Assembly: GCA_965287045.1 (NCBI GenBank)
Contig: OZ336876.1
Location: forward strand, 50,034,001 to 50,098,000
Source: Carcharhinus amblyrhynchos
Taxonomy: Eukaryota
DNA length: 64,000 bases
Reading direction: 5' to 3'
Positions 50,531-64,000 of the stretch are shown here, in pieces (position 1 is the stretch's first letter; each line of letters begins with the position of its first letter). The position numbers were made by a program, and so were the translations under genes. A model generated the notes under the pieces. That model saw only the letters and a program-made list of their open reading frames with translations. It ran no database searches and was not told where the DNA came from.

Positions 50531-51439
50531 CAATTTCTCAAGTGGAGATGCAGCAGATTCATGGAAATGGAACAAAGGAATACCCTCAGCACAGGAAGTC
50601 TCAGTGGCTTTTACATTGACTTTGCTCTTTTTAAGTTAAGGATAGATTAACATTAGAAGTTCTGTCAGCTCATTCTAGTTCCCTCAAAAAGGTCAAGCTC
50701 GCAAGTATAGATACCTTCCCAAAACAATTACAAGCATTAAACACAATCCAAAAACAAATTCTGTTGTTTAAATTTATCGACTGTCCCTCAAATATGTTGG
50801 CTGAAAATCTCCCGTCTCTCCCACCACAGGAATTCTACCAGGCGAGACAGAAAATTCTGCAGACCACTTATAGGTCTGTTGAGGTAAGGTAGGACTCTTT
50901 GGTCTTGGGGTGCGTGCGGCCGGAGAATCCCGCCTGTCATCTTTTCAGATTTACTAGTTTGTATAATGGGTCTTCAGGAAATGGAACGGATGGATTCTCG
51001 ACCCACAGATTTTTGGACACATGGGCCAACATGTCCCATGAGATAGTGGGGTTTGGAGTATAGGTTTCCCTTTCTTTTTTTCCTCTTTTGCAGTTGCTCT
51101 GCCTGATGCACCTTAATGGACAAGTTGTCGTCATTTTGAACAACTGTTAGCAAACTCCTCTTGGTCATTGACGCGTTTTCTTTTTCCTCTCCTAGAATGC
51201 TCGGCTAAAACATAAACTGGAAAATGGGGCATGGCTTTTTTTGAAACCACTGGGCTTTCTAGACCAAGGTCAAATGGGAAAATACTTTTTCCTCACAGGG
51301 TGGTGTCTCTCCTAAGGATAACAATGCTATCTGCCGATGCTAGAAAGAACATTTCCAACAACTAGTCATAGGGTTTTACAGCACAAAAAGAGGCCCTTCA
51401 GCCCACTGTGTCTGCACCTGTTAAACTCAATCCAAACCA

Positions 51440-51650
51440 ACTCCTCAACTGTGAACCCACAGTGGCAAGTGATACTCCTCAGATTATTCCCAAGGACCCT
51501 GTGGTGGAATCCACCATTGATGGAAGAACTGCAACAAACAATCAAACAGATGAAAAACAACAAAGCCAGCGGCCCTGATGATATTCCAGCTGAGATCTTC
51601 AATGATAGGGTTTTGCTCACATCAAGACTCCATATACTCATCCTGCTTGA
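51440..51650 (+). mobile_element. RTE-clade LINE fragment (pre-RT region)
   Basis: PPLMEELQQTIKQMKNNKASGPDDIPAEIF in ORF 51337-51684. Confidence 0.75.
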
Positions 51651-52049
51651 ACTTATAGTAGCCAGCGCTTTTCAATCTAAATAATTAATTTCAGATTTTC
51701 CCCTGGACATCAGATTAACCTATTCAGGATGTCTCACCTCTGAGAGATTGAGGCAATTTGCTCTTTTGAGGATAAAACAGTGTGCATGGCCAGGAAAGTA
51801 AGTTTACTGGGTGACTTCAGTCGAAGAGAACAAAGAGCAAAGAAAATACTGCACAGGGACAGACCCTTTGGCCCTCCATTCTCATGCCAATCATGATACC
51901 CATCTAAACTAAAAAAAAACCCTGCTGCCCTTTCTTGGTCTGTATCCCTCTATTCCCTCCCTATTCATGTACCCATCCAGATGCCTCTTAAATGTTACTA
52001 ATAAACCTGATAAAAACTTGAAAAAATCTCAGTGAATTAGAATCAATGC

Positions 52050-52562
52050 TATGGGCCTTTGCTGGTGGGTTTACAAGCTGGGGGCCCAGTAAAATTCTCT
52101 GAGTGGCATTCCCAGCGTGGTCCTGCCCGTCCTCACCTGCCAGAAATTTTAAAGGAATACAAGTGAGGTTTGGGGCCCATCCTTGCCCCAATTAGGGCTC
52201 TTAAATGACCAATTATTGGGCACCTAAAGGTTGTTTCCACCCCTCCCCCCCCAGCCCACAATTTTGAGGTCGGTGGGAGGAGATCAGGGACAGGGGAAGC
52301 CCTGCAGGTTAGTCTGCTTTGACCTTGGGGCCACATTCTTGATTGTCTTACTCACGCCCTCCAAAATATGTCCCATCCAGGTGTTCTCCCCCTCCCCCCA
52401 ACCTGCAGAGTCCTTACTCCTGTCTCCACTGCAAGCCCCCCGATCCAATCAGATGGGCCTGTGTGAAGGGTGGAAGTCCCACTTCCAGCACAATAATATT
52501 CCATAGACTGTCCACACTCGTGGCGATACATTCTCCGCTGGCTTTGTAAAACCCCACCGCCC
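52050..52562. mobile_element. Harbinger-derived non-autonomous element
   Basis: Shared motifs (cttaaatgaccaatta...ggcacctaaagg) and end gtaaaaccccaccgccc. Confidence 0.5.
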
Positions 52563-53289
52563 AAAGAAATCCTGCTTTGGGTTGGATGTCTGCTTTTTTT
52601 GTGATCCAGTGTATCGAGGATGTTACAAGAGTTCAGTAAATGAGTTCAGTAACTCTGAAAACGTACAAAATATAGAAATTGTGGCACCCATAAAGTGATA
52701 ATCTAACCTGCCCTGGTAATCAGAAATATTGAAGAAGTCAACGACGTAACTTTATAATTCAGCAAAATGAAGGGGGCAAATGAAAATAAACCAAGTAGGT
52801 TGTTGAACAACACTCAGTAAAAAGCTAATGGAATGACTGCAAAGATACGCACTGGGAATTTGCTTTGAAGCATTAGGGGTTTTCCCAATGGACAACTTCA
52901 GCAATAGACTGACAGAAAGCTTGGCTAGATCTGGAAACAGAGTTTCTGACCTCTCAGGGAACTTATTAGCTTGGAGACCCATGAGGGGAATTCCCAGTTA
53001 CAATGTTCAACATTCAGGACAAATACGTCCTCAAAACTAAAACTCCAGAGCAGGTAAAGATGATGCTCGAAGGATTCACAAACATAGTAAAAGTGAGTTA
53101 AGAAGTAACTTATCCTGCACCAATCCAGCTGCAAGGCAGTGAAAGTATTCCAATGGGATGAATATAAAAAAAGAACTAAAAGTTCAACAGAGTGATGCAT
53201 TGGTTTTTGGGAATAAACTTGAGGATGGTCGTCATAACAATAACCAAGTTAATAGCAGTTAGCCTGGATTGAAAAGGTGAAAAACCCTG

Positions 53290-54460
53290 ATTAACCAGCA
53301 CCTTGATTTCTTCGAGGAACTGACAATCCAAGCAAACAATTACAGTCCCAATGAGTTAGGCTCCTGAACTTCAAAAAGGGGTTCAATGAAATTGAAAGCT
53401 ACAAAAAAAGACAACCAAGTAACTTTTAATACACTCAAAATGTTAGCAGTCCAAGGAGGGAGAGGTTTATCTTTATGGTTGGGTTAACATCATGAAAAGC
53501 TGTTAACTAAATTGAAAGTTATGACGATTCACAGTAAATTCTGGAAATGTACGATGGATAACCAACAATGAATAAATACTCTTTAGAGGAGTTACGTTGG
53601 AACTGAAGGAATAGTAACTACAGTGCCCTGGGACTTAGAGCTGGGACTATTACTATTTCTAAACCATACAAATGGTCTAGAGTTAGAAACTCATTCCAGC
53701 TTGCAGCTGAAACCAAGCCAGGAGAAACAATGGAACTAGAGGAGGCAGAATGAGTTGGGATAAAATATCCAAATTGACAGAACAATAGCAGATGAAATTT
53801 AATGAGAAAAGTGTAACGTGCTATACACAGGAAAGAAAAATAAACAATTGTTTCACCAATGGTGTGCATCTGGCTCACAGTCTGATGAGTCCCTGCAGAT
53901 TCTATGCCAAATTTGTCCAACCAATAGCGAGCAGCACTGAACAAAGCCAATAAGATGTTGAGTCACAGCCAAAACAGCAGAGTAAAAGTCAGAGGAGGTA
54001 ATGATCAAATGTTATAATTTGTAGCTGGATAGACCACAGCTTGAATATTACATCTAACTTGGACTACGGAGAAATAGCAGAGATATTCAAATGCTGGAGG
54101 TAATGCAGAGACGAGTGACCACACTAATCCCCAGTGCCTGAACGCTGAAGAAAAGCTGGATTTTCAGCCAAGAAAGGAGGTGACTGAGAGATAATCCAAC
54201 AGATATTTAAAAGATTGTTAATAGCCTTAATAGAGTCAATGCTGAATATTACTTTATATTCAGTTGTCTAAGTAGAAATATCAGACACATATTGAAACTA
54301 ACAATAGATAACTTCTGGCAGGAGATCGTTGCTCACTGAAGTGTGTTCAATTTGTGGAATGGAGGAGAAAACATCTGGAATAATTTCAAAGACAATTGGA
54401 TACTACAGGAAGTGGGACTGGTGCAGGATGTCACTAGTGGGCTGAATGGCCTTCCACATA
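53290..54460 (+). mobile_element. Old CR1 LINE RT/3' region
   Basis: Decayed motifs in order: ttgatttcttcgagga, cttcaaaaagg, gcagatgaaatttaat, agaccacagcttgaata, aatttgtggaat, gggctgaatggcct. Confidence 0.7.
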
Positions 54461-54711
54461 GATAATTATTTTGTGAAAGGTGTGTGGAAATCATGTGATC
54501 GCTGCCTCCATTATGTATCTAGTCTTTTGATTTATCCATGGAAATTGCATGACTACTTCCCGAATCAATGAAGCTATTAACACAGGTCAAATTCTTTTAT
54601 TCTCCAATGAGCAATGCAGCTTGCTTTTTGTCTAAGTCCACTCCACTAACCTGGCCAAGGCTGTGCCTAATGTCCCTGCCATTGCCAAGGGGTAAATTCC
54701 TAGTCACAATT

Positions 54712-55172
54712 ATAAGAACATAAGAACATAAGAAATAGGAGCAGGAGTAGGCCATCTAGCCCTTCGAGCCTGCCCCGCCATTCAATAAGATCATGGCTGA
54801 TCTGTTGTAGCTCAGTTCCACTTTCCCGCCCTCTCCCCATAACCCTTAATCCCCTCTCTTATCAAGAACCCATCAACCCGCTTCTTAAAAATATTTAGCG
54901 AGGCAGCCTCCACCACTTCAACGGGCAGAGAATTCCAGAGATTCACCACCCTTTGAGTGAAGAAGTTCCTCCTCAACTCCGTTCTAAACCGCCTCCCCTT
55001 TATCTTGAGGCTGTGCCCCCTAGTCCTACTGTCTTTTTTGAGCGGGAAGAGTCTCTCCACCTCTATCCTATCCATCCCATTCATCATCTTATACGTCTCA
55101 ATGAGATCTCCCCTCATTCTTCTAAACTCTAACGAGTACAAGCCTAGTTTATTCAGCCTCTCCTCATAGCTC
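54712..55172 (-). mobile_element. Young CR1 LINE 3' end
   Basis: Uninterrupted ORF SYEERLNKLGLYSLEFRRMRGDLIETYK...RNFFTQRVVNLWNSLP...GYGERAGKWN and an (ataagaac)n 8-bp tail. Confidence 0.95.
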
Positions 55173-56499
55173 AATCCAGAGGATCCTGTATCTCAAAGCT
55201 TTTGTGCTTTTCTACTTCCAGCTTCTGACTTACACCAAGTCCCCACTGGTGATATTTTATTCTGTCTCTGCAGCTGCACCTCTTTCTTACCTGCCTGAGT
55301 ATTGATATTTCTTTCAACAGTCATACACTTTCCCAAACCATTCTACAGATTTTCTTTTCTCCCATCTCATCCAAAGCTTCTCTTACTCCAACAGACAATG
55401 TACTTGTTACGGAACCTTGATAGTTCCCACAAACTGTCACTGTAGACTACAGTCATCACCAAGGTAACTTCAGATATCACCAGGAAATCTGCATCCCAGG
55501 CTAAACGGCTCAATCGCCATTCTAAATGCAAACTCCTGTTTCATCAGATTCATAAGCAACACAAAATCAAGGCAACAAAATAATAATCTTAAATACCAAA
55601 ACAGAAGGGTTAAGAATGACAAACAAAATAACGGAGGAATGAAGCCGAAAGCCAAAAACAAGGTAAAAAGAAAGAAACAAATAAAGTACAGAATGTAAAT
55701 AACAGCAAAGAAAGGTAAGGGAGAAAAATAACTTTGTAGCAAACAAAATGCCTATAGTTCTAATTAATTTTTTTCAATTGCATCGCTGACAATCCGTAAG
55801 GACCACTTTAGTGAACTATTTAATTGCATTCCATATTCATGTCTTTTATTGTACCTTTTTGGCTGATTCAAGCAAAAACAGTGTGTGTTCAACAAACATG
55901 TTCATCGGCTTTACCTCGGGTGTATTGATTACATGACCTTGGATTTGGAGTATCAGTGTCCTTTGCTTGTGATGCTACATCAGAAATAATAGAGCACCTT
56001 TTTTTTGTGTACTGACAAAGTCTGGGTCAGAAATTTGAGCTAATCAGACAGATCAAATTGAGGCAATATTAAGCTGTGCGAAATTCAGGGTTTGATTGCT
56101 TTAGATGCCTTTTGAAAATAACTAAGCTCTTGCTTTAAAGAAGTGGGAGAAATGGATAGTTGAGAAGTCAGGGAATTTTAAAAATTGATGTTGACATCTA
56201 TGGGTAATTCAATCACAAATCATCTGTCTCAGTAAATCTGATTGTCCTTCAAAATCAAAAGAGAAAGGCACTTGAGCTTGGTTGAACTTACTTGCTAATT
56301 TCATCGTGGTGATCTCATAAATCTACACTGGATACAGATAATGGTTGAATCATTTACGTACAGTAAGAAGCTGGGAAGCAAAATGTTTCAATGATGTGTC
56401 TAACATTAGAAAAATTGTCTTGACTTTCCTTTCCAACCCTTTAATTGGCTGATTTACATGCAGATCCCACAAAATGACCGTCAGCTCATTAGAGGCTTA

Positions 56500-56715
56500 A
56501 TTTTTAGCTGGACAGCTGGTTTGCGATGCAGAGCAATGCCAACATTGCAGATTCAATTCCCATACCAGCTGAAGTTATCCATAAAGGCCCTGCCTCCTCA
56601 ACCTTGCCCTTGCCTGAGATGTGGTGACGCTCAGGTTAAATCACCACCAGTCAGCTCTCTCTCTCAAAAAGGGAGCAAAACAACCAAAGGTCCTCTGGGA
56701 CTTCGGCAATGTTTT
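56500..56715 (+). mobile_element. tRNA-derived SINE (family of 5437-5610)
   Basis: ttcaattcccatacc...ctcaacct...tcaggttaaatcaccaccagtc...ctgggact. Confidence 0.7.
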
Positions 56716-57002
56716 GTGAATTAGCACATAAATCACATGGTAGGGTCAGGTTTGTAATATGGCAATAGATGGATCACATCAGCAGAATTTTATCAACATT
56801 AAAGATTTTCAGGTGCAGGACCAATTACTTCTGCAGTATATTCTCTGGTTCAACCAATGGGACACAACAAGTTAAGAAGTCATCTACAGATTTGTCTTCC
56901 AATTAAGGATGTCACATGGGTTCCTGAGATGGGAGGCCCAATAGGAGTACACAGCACAGGACAAATGGCAGTCCCATGAGGAGAGGTGGATGTCACTTAG
57001 CC

Positions 57003-57411
57003 AGGTCATAGCTACGACCATAATCATTCCTGCTGAAGGTTTTCTCCACCACAGCACTGGCTCTAAGAGCTGTAGGCCTTCCTTATTTTTCAAAAGTTTA
57101 CCAGGCTTCTGAGAACACCTCTATTCTGAGGCACCCAGGTGCTCCCTTACCTGGCCCCCAGGTGCTCTCTCACCTGGCACTCTGGCTAGAGTGTGGCTCA
57201 TTGAATGAGCTACAAGAATGTAAAGGTCATAGCTATGACCATAGTCATTCCTGATGAAGGTTTTCTCCACCACTTATAAAACTTTTAAAAACTTATAAAA
57301 AATAAGGAAGGCCTACAGCTTTTAGAGCCAATGGTGTGGTGGAGAAAACCTTCATCAGGAGCAATTATGGTCATAGCTATGACCTTTACATTCTTGCGGC
57401 TCATTCAATGA
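57003..57411. repeat. Local triplication: two direct copies and one inverted copy
   Basis: ggtcatagctaYgaccata...gaaggttttctccaccac occurs at 57004 and 57225, and inverted at 57336-57384. Confidence 0.9.
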
Positions 57412-59994
57412 GGAGACATTAGTGACCATCTGGTCCACCATTATGAGGCCACCTCTAAATTGCTAAAGGCCATTGGGCTTAGCAGGGCTCCCATCCATAA
57501 GCACGAAAATATAATCAACATCTTGGCCCAAGATGAAGCCATAATTGACTTCCTGCCGCTGCCATGCAGGTATCCTCTGCTGCTTTAAACTAACCTCTGT
57601 CAAAAATGTGCAATGTCAGCAAACATGTCAGGAAGCCAACCTGAAGCCTGATTTTGAAAATTTCTCAATGCCACTGCCTCCAAAGCTGACTCCACAAGGC
57701 TGAACATAGTCCGTCCATCATGGCCAAGCTAGTCACTAAACTGAGCAACAGTAAGTCATAAACGGGGTTTGAAAACATTCAGCATAATGTGTTAATATTT
57801 GGTGTCTCCTCACTCTGCCTCAGTACTATTGCAATCAGAAAAAACATTAAGGGAATTAAAACAGGCATTTATGAAAAATGAACACCCAAGATTTTGCTTT
57901 AATGTAAAAGTCATTGTCCTTACATAATTTTCAGTACATAATCCTAATAAGATTCATAAACTAAATATCTTAATTGAAATTATCACCTTGTTTGACGGGA
58001 TTATACAAAGTGCAATTCATAGTGGGACAATTATGCAAATAAATTAAGTGGGAGGAAAACTCAAAGGGGTTATCTTCAATGGAATGTGCCCTGTTTGCTG
58101 ATACTCAGGGCACCAAGGTAACCCAGAATGGCAGGGCATTAACCCAGAAAAAGCTTCCTTTGTAAATATAGCTTCAGGGATTTTGCTTTCAATTTCGCTA
58201 ACTTTTCATGCCAAAAAAGTTCAAAATATATCATGATGTGCTGATTCCAAAATTAGACACACACCCTAACCACCTCCTTTCAAAGCTAATTGCAGGTTTG
58301 CTGCTATTTATAAGCTTGGGAAGCTATTACTGTTTGCATTCCTACCTGTGCAAGAAGCCAACTGAGGAAAGCCCAAACATGAAGCCTTGCCTATATGACC
58401 ACAATAATTAAACTAAACATGGCAAAAGTCAACTGTTTTGTTGAAGTTCAAGTCCATGCCGTCCTTTTGTTCTTAAGAGTATTTCTAGTAGACATTTTCC
58501 ATTTGCCACAAAGCACAACAAATTCCCAAAATATACTACAAAGTGACCATTGTACCACATAAACATAGAGAAAGGACAAGCGTATATTCACACAAATGAT
58601 TCCAATTATTGCAATCGTTGTAGTTGGTGACAAAGAAAGGATGCAAAAAAGAGTGGGGAATCTCTGAATAACAGGATACATGGCCCCAGCATCCTCCCTG
58701 GATACCAAAGACATATGGGATCTCCTATGGGATATACAGGACCAATCGGGGCCTAATTCAATATCCCAGGGCCTCTAAGCAATGAAAAGATAGCTTGGAA
58801 AATGGGAAAACCATGCTACCACTGTTGGTACAAGATGTGGCATGTCAATGTAGGCTCTCACGTATGAGTAAGCCAAAGGATGTGTATACCTTGCCAAGGC
58901 TCACAACACAACAAAACTCCCTCCTCTCCAGCCATATCTGAGGCACTGATCAGGCTCCCCATTCCTGGAAAGCTTAAACCATTTTCCATCAAGGAAACCC
59001 CACGAACAAGGAGAAGAATCATCAAGAAATCCATTAACAGGGTATCTCCGCCTTCTGACAAGACAGGGGAAACCCTATATGATTAACTATGATGAATCAG
59101 AGTCTATATTAACACCCCACCCTGGATGAAGAAAGAATGACCCGGACACAGAGAAGGACCAGGACTATCTCACTGATGCCAGATGTAGTTTTCTGCATAC
59201 ACTTTTGCATGATAGATACCAAGAACAGAGCACAATTCATAAGGAACAACTCATTCCATCTCCCCCACCCCCCCCAACCCCAGGTGAGCCCCCCCAAACC
59301 TAGAAGGCAGACAGACTGGAAGTCTCCATGTAAGACCACTTGGAGAGGGTGACCTACTCCTTCAACCAAAAATTTAAGCCTGGCATAAACCACTGACTCC
59401 TTTTAGTTTCTTACAGTAAGGCCATGACAACTTCATTGGAAGGGTCTATTTCTTGACCAGAATACCCAAATCTAGGTGGTTTTCTGGCAAGTAAGTTATC
59501 TGTGAAATTTTAACACTCTTTCTGATGTACACTGGCAGGTAAGGTTAAAAGCTGTCTCCTTCTGTTCAGCTATCAGGAATAGTCTTCAAAGAAACGTGAC
59601 CTACTGCATCTCCCATTTTTTGACCCTGAGCATATATTAATTTAATGTTGAATTAACACTGTAATCAACATCCGGCAACAAATTCTTCTGTGCACTGCAA
59701 TATTGGGTGTTAACTTTGCCATGAGATATCTATTTAACACTTGTAAAAATATTTTGTCCCACTAGTTTACCACCGAGCTTAGATCAGAAACAGCATTGCC
59801 AAAGGTTGAGAGGGCTAGAAGCCTGGGCTGAACAGTTAAAGTAAAATTTAAATTAAAGTAAAATGCAAAGCCAGGCTTAATGTCATTTGAATACATGGTG
59901 GGGGTACTATCATACAGAACACATGCTCTGAAGACCCACCGTCTATTTTCCATACAATTAAAAGTATGTATCTGAAAGTATGAATCAGCAGATG

Positions 59995-60350
59995 GTAGCT
60001 GATGTGTGTATGATAGATGCAAAGCAGCAACTCACCAGAGTACTTTAAGAGCTCCTCGAAACTCCTTGTCCTCTACCACCAAGAATGACCACAGCATTCA
60101 TGTTATACAACTATATTCAACTCTAAGTTCCCTTCTGAGTCTCACGCCATCCCAACTTGAACCTATACCGCTGTGCCATCATTGCTGCTGGGTAAAAATC
60201 CTAAAATCCATTACCTAATACTTACAACGGACTATCATCACCACAGGGGCTGCAGCAGTTGAAAAGAAAACCTAACACCAACTTCTGAGCTCAAACAGAG
60301 ATTGAAAATAAATACAGCATTGCAATCGCACCCACATCCAAAGAATCAGC
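59995..60350 (+). mobile_element. CR1-clade LINE 3' end, decayed
   Basis: Colinear with 50160-50530. Confidence 0.6.
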
Positions 60351-63171
60351 AATATTTTCTTTTTAAAAGTCACCAGACCTCAAATGTCTTGCATCTTAAG
60401 TTATCAGCCCACAGACGCCAGGCATCTATAAAGTTGATATAAGTGCAGGAAAAAACATTTTTTCCCCATATAAACTATTCGGTTTGTGGCTTGGGTTATT
60501 TCACTGGAAGAGGTGATGATATTGTTGTTGCCTTCTGGGTTGGGGAGAGGAGATAATTTCCAGCCACTGGTTAAAATTTCTGGATGTCTGAGGGATGCCT
60601 CAGGCTTGTCACAATTTTCACACAATCTCACGAGGAATATAAAATTATGAAAAATGCAACATGGCAGCTCTTGTGATATGATAATTTGGTAGTGAGGACG
60701 AGAAAGCTTAATTTCCTGGGGCAAAATTGTGTCAGACAGTCATCATGGGGATTACAACCAACCTGCTTATATGGAATTACTATAATACTCGGAATGAACT
60801 GCGATAAACCACAGTGAACATTTACCAAGAGCAACTGCAAAATGTGAATGGCACTAAAAAATGTTGTAGTGTTACTTTTTGACAATTTTTGAGTTACCAA
60901 ATGAAGCTATTACAAGGAATGTGTTTTTCTTCTGTATAGATTCTACTTCCAAACCTAGGGAACTTCCTCTACTCATTCTAGACTTGACTGCAATGATAAT
61001 TTCTGTACCCATGATAAAATTACTCTGAGACACCGATTAGCTTGTATGAGATAAAATTGGAATATTTGATAACATTCCCCTGAACGGGGTGACTGGTTTC
61101 TGTGCTTTGTTTGGCCTCTTCCTGGAAGTGAGCGAATCAGGAGAAATTGTCATATAGAATTAGTCTGGCACAAAGTGGGGTGGTAAATGTATATGGGTGT
61201 GATGGCCTTTTATTGTCTTGACAACATGACAGGACACAATCCAACATAACACATAAACAAAATATGGCATAATATTGAAACTCTACCACTTCACCCGCCA
61301 TGGAATCGGTGCAGGCGAGGCTCAGACAACAGAAACTTCCATTGAGCGGGAATTTCTGGTCTCACCTGAGCGAGGCTGTAAAACCTCTTCATGTTAAAAC
61401 CATCAGCTATCAATGCAATAAAAAATCATAGAAGAGCCAGCTTTTAACACATTAAAAATATCAGGGTCAAACTTACACTTGGTTATATTGTTGCCCTAAG
61501 TCAGCGCAACCTATGCAGAGGGTTAGAGAACTCAAAGTGTAAATTGCAGTCAGCAAAAATCACGTTTCCACAATTTTTACCTTCATTTCAAAAATATTCT
61601 GCTTTGAAATAGCTTAATTCACAACACTGACTGTGCCCTCAGAATAGAGTGATCATCATTAGGTGTTTCCATAAACTGCGGTGATTTTCAGGTCTTTGAG
61701 GAGCTCTCAGAACCACATTTGCTTTGGGCGTACAGGAGGCTATCTGGCACCTTCTAAAAGCATTTGAATGTAACTTTTCATTTAGAATCAGGTTACTCAC
61801 AAATGGTGGATTGACACTGGGATTAAAAACTGTTATTTTATGTGATACACATTCATTTGTTTGTATTAATTAAATTGCATCAAATTAGTACTTTTAAATA
61901 TATCAAACAATATTTCTTAAAGTGATTTTTTAAAAAAATGGTTTGAGTTGCTGCCAGATTAAGTTGGTTTGTGGCAGATTTACCACTTGGTGATATGCAC
62001 ATTTCCAAATTAGACTGCGGATTGTGCCCAAAGAGGAAAATCAAGCCTGCCTGGTAGGAGCACACAGGCATCTTACTCCTGCTGTAGTAGATTGTCACAA
62101 GTGCAAAGGAATCTTAAAATACAAATTCCTAATGACTTACACATTTAACCTCCCAAAATTGCAAAGCATAGTTCCACCTCTGAAGGTCTCTGACCAAACA
62201 TTTCAACTTTATTCACTGAGCAATTGTGCCTTTAAAGGAACGCACCTTCACCTGAGGAGCAGAATGCATTGCGCACGACATGTCCAAAAGGTTCCTGCAC
62301 ATCATCCAAAGTGCAACAAGCATTACCTTGGGAGATCCCTATTTTGATGCAAGATCTTTGAAACGCATCACATTTTAAATGCCTCATTTTGTCACATGGC
62401 AAATTTCTGTGACACACTGAAATAGAAATAGTAAAAGAACGGAAAACAGACATTTCCTGTCAATTTCAGAGAGCCTGCTCCATTGGCCTCAGCTTGCATG
62501 AAAAAGCATTAAACTCCAATGGATCTCAAAATGAATTTATAGAAGAAATCAGACCTTGTAGCTGAGATGTATATGTTACTCTGGGCTATTTGTCACCCGT
62601 CAGTTTTAGCAATCTAGCCCTTGGAACGCAGGCAACTAACTATATTTAATTTTATTGTTCTACCCAATGCTTTTGTCCTCTGAATTTTGTTAGTCTGTGG
62701 ACCTGAAAATGGTTGTCCTTAGTTTAAAGTTTATTTATTTATTAGTCATAAGGAGCTTACATTAGCAGTGAAGTTACTGTGAGAATCCCCTATAAGCTGC
62801 TGCCTCATTTTGGATAAATCCCAAATCCACACACTTAAATTGCCAAGTATTTATGCCTTGATATATACAGGCATGTTGATTTACACTTTTAGATGTGGTC
62901 TGTGAGGCTCCATGATATGCAACTAAGTCACCTAAAATATAACAGACTGGACACCCTTGAAGAAAGTACAGGTTACACACAGGTTCACCCTGAGCAGCAG
63001 CTAGCACCTCATCTGGGACTTGGACAAATGCCACTGCCTTTATAAATAAGTATCATTTCACTTTCAGTAAACAATTCCATGGAAGATCTGTTACTATTGT
63101 CTATAATTCTGAATATACTACAATTATCTATGAATACATTTCCTCTTTGTCTAAATTTAGGCATCACACTA

Positions 63172-63871
63172 GGGACAGAATTCTCTGCCCGCTCTGTTGG
63201 CAAGCTTGGAGGTGGAAAGGGTCGGATGGTAGTATACCAGAACCCCACCATCTTCCCATCTCAGTCAGAATTGTTAAATGGGAGGGAAGACTCATGGTCG
63301 ACCTTTCCACCCCACTACTAAATGAGGCCCTTAAGTGGCCAATTAATAACCACTTAAGGTAATATGGCAACCCGTCGTCATATTACCCCAGCTGTCGGTG
63401 GACCTGTTACCATGCGGCATGTATGGTAGCTAAAACCGTGCCACCAACTTGTCACCTCCTAGGATGGGGGATGGGTCCCTTAATTAAAGGCACTCAATAC
63501 CAGATTGAGGGACTCGGATTCAGGGAAGTGGGGGCCTGTTTAATGCCACCACCTGCTCTTGTGGCTGACCCCTCTGCCCATCACTTCCATCCCTCAAAAC
63601 CCCTCCATCCCCCACATTACTTACCTGTGACCTGGGTTGTTCCATCATCCTGGGATCCAGTGCCTATCCTTCTAGCAACAGCCACAGTCTCTGATTGGTA
63701 GGCAAGACCTGTGCTGCCCAGGTCTTGATTCCAGAGAAAGGCACACCGCTGTCCTCGCCTCTGCCTGATGGGCATGTAATTCATCAGACCTTCTCAAAAA
63801 GAGGCAGTGTGTGCCTGTCACCAACGCATCAGCCAGGAGATGAGACACCAACGTCTCAGCAAGATTCCATC
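63172..63871. mobile_element. Harbinger-derived non-autonomous element
   Basis: Ends gggacagaattctc / aagattccatcc; internal cccttaagtggccaattaa...ccacttaagg. Confidence 0.6.
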
Positions 63872-64000
63872 CTATGTAAAAAATTGAAAGTGCTCTCTAA
63901 ACAGAAAAAGCAGGTTTTCTTAATTCCAAAGACTTCCAAGCTGCAGTGCAAAACTGACACTTTCCCATCAATGAACCTTCCCATCAAACATACCAATCAA

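Noticed and set aside
50974-51195. Lys/Arg-rich minus-strand ORF (QKRKKRKG) as a possible DNMT3A exon 3 or NLS
   Set aside because: There is no convincing donor and no alignable similarity; it is explained by plus-strand pyrimidine tracts.
55291-55345. NGLGKC...TQAG with strong donor CAG|gtaaga, superficially like the end of DNMT3A exon 4 (ENG...EAG)
   Set aside because: There are in-frame TAG and TGA codons immediately upstream and no polypyrimidine tract.
57251-57290. CTGATGA as another hammerhead core
   Set aside because: No stem II or GAAA box follows.

Overview
This window is eukaryotic, repeat-rich vertebrate DNA. The repeat set (HE1-type V-SINEs, CR1/HER1-like, L2 and Rex1 LINE ends, Penelope-like elements, many Harbinger-derived elements) points to a shark; that is inferred from repeat content. 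It lies inside the de novo DNA methyltransferase gene DNMT3A on the minus strand. One exon is unambiguous: 34700-34846, 147 bp, equivalent to human exon 6 and encoding the H2AK119ub/acidic-patch-binding UDR region. A second is likely: 38468-38514, the exon 5 equivalent. Bases 1-34699 are the large intron that hosts the DNMT3A2 internal promoter in mammals; I did not find exon 7 in the window. Most ORFs in the supplied track are spurious or transposon debris. I see no prokaryote-style novel system. The best leads are: (1) frame-compatible candidate exons that would give the shark enzyme a different N-terminus; (2) candidate internal promoters or first exons in intron 6; (3) a Penelope inverted insertion carrying minimal hammerhead-ribozyme motifs, one in the sense orientation of the DNMT3A pre-mRNA; (4) several local templated or inverted duplications. 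Repeat boundaries were estimated by eye.
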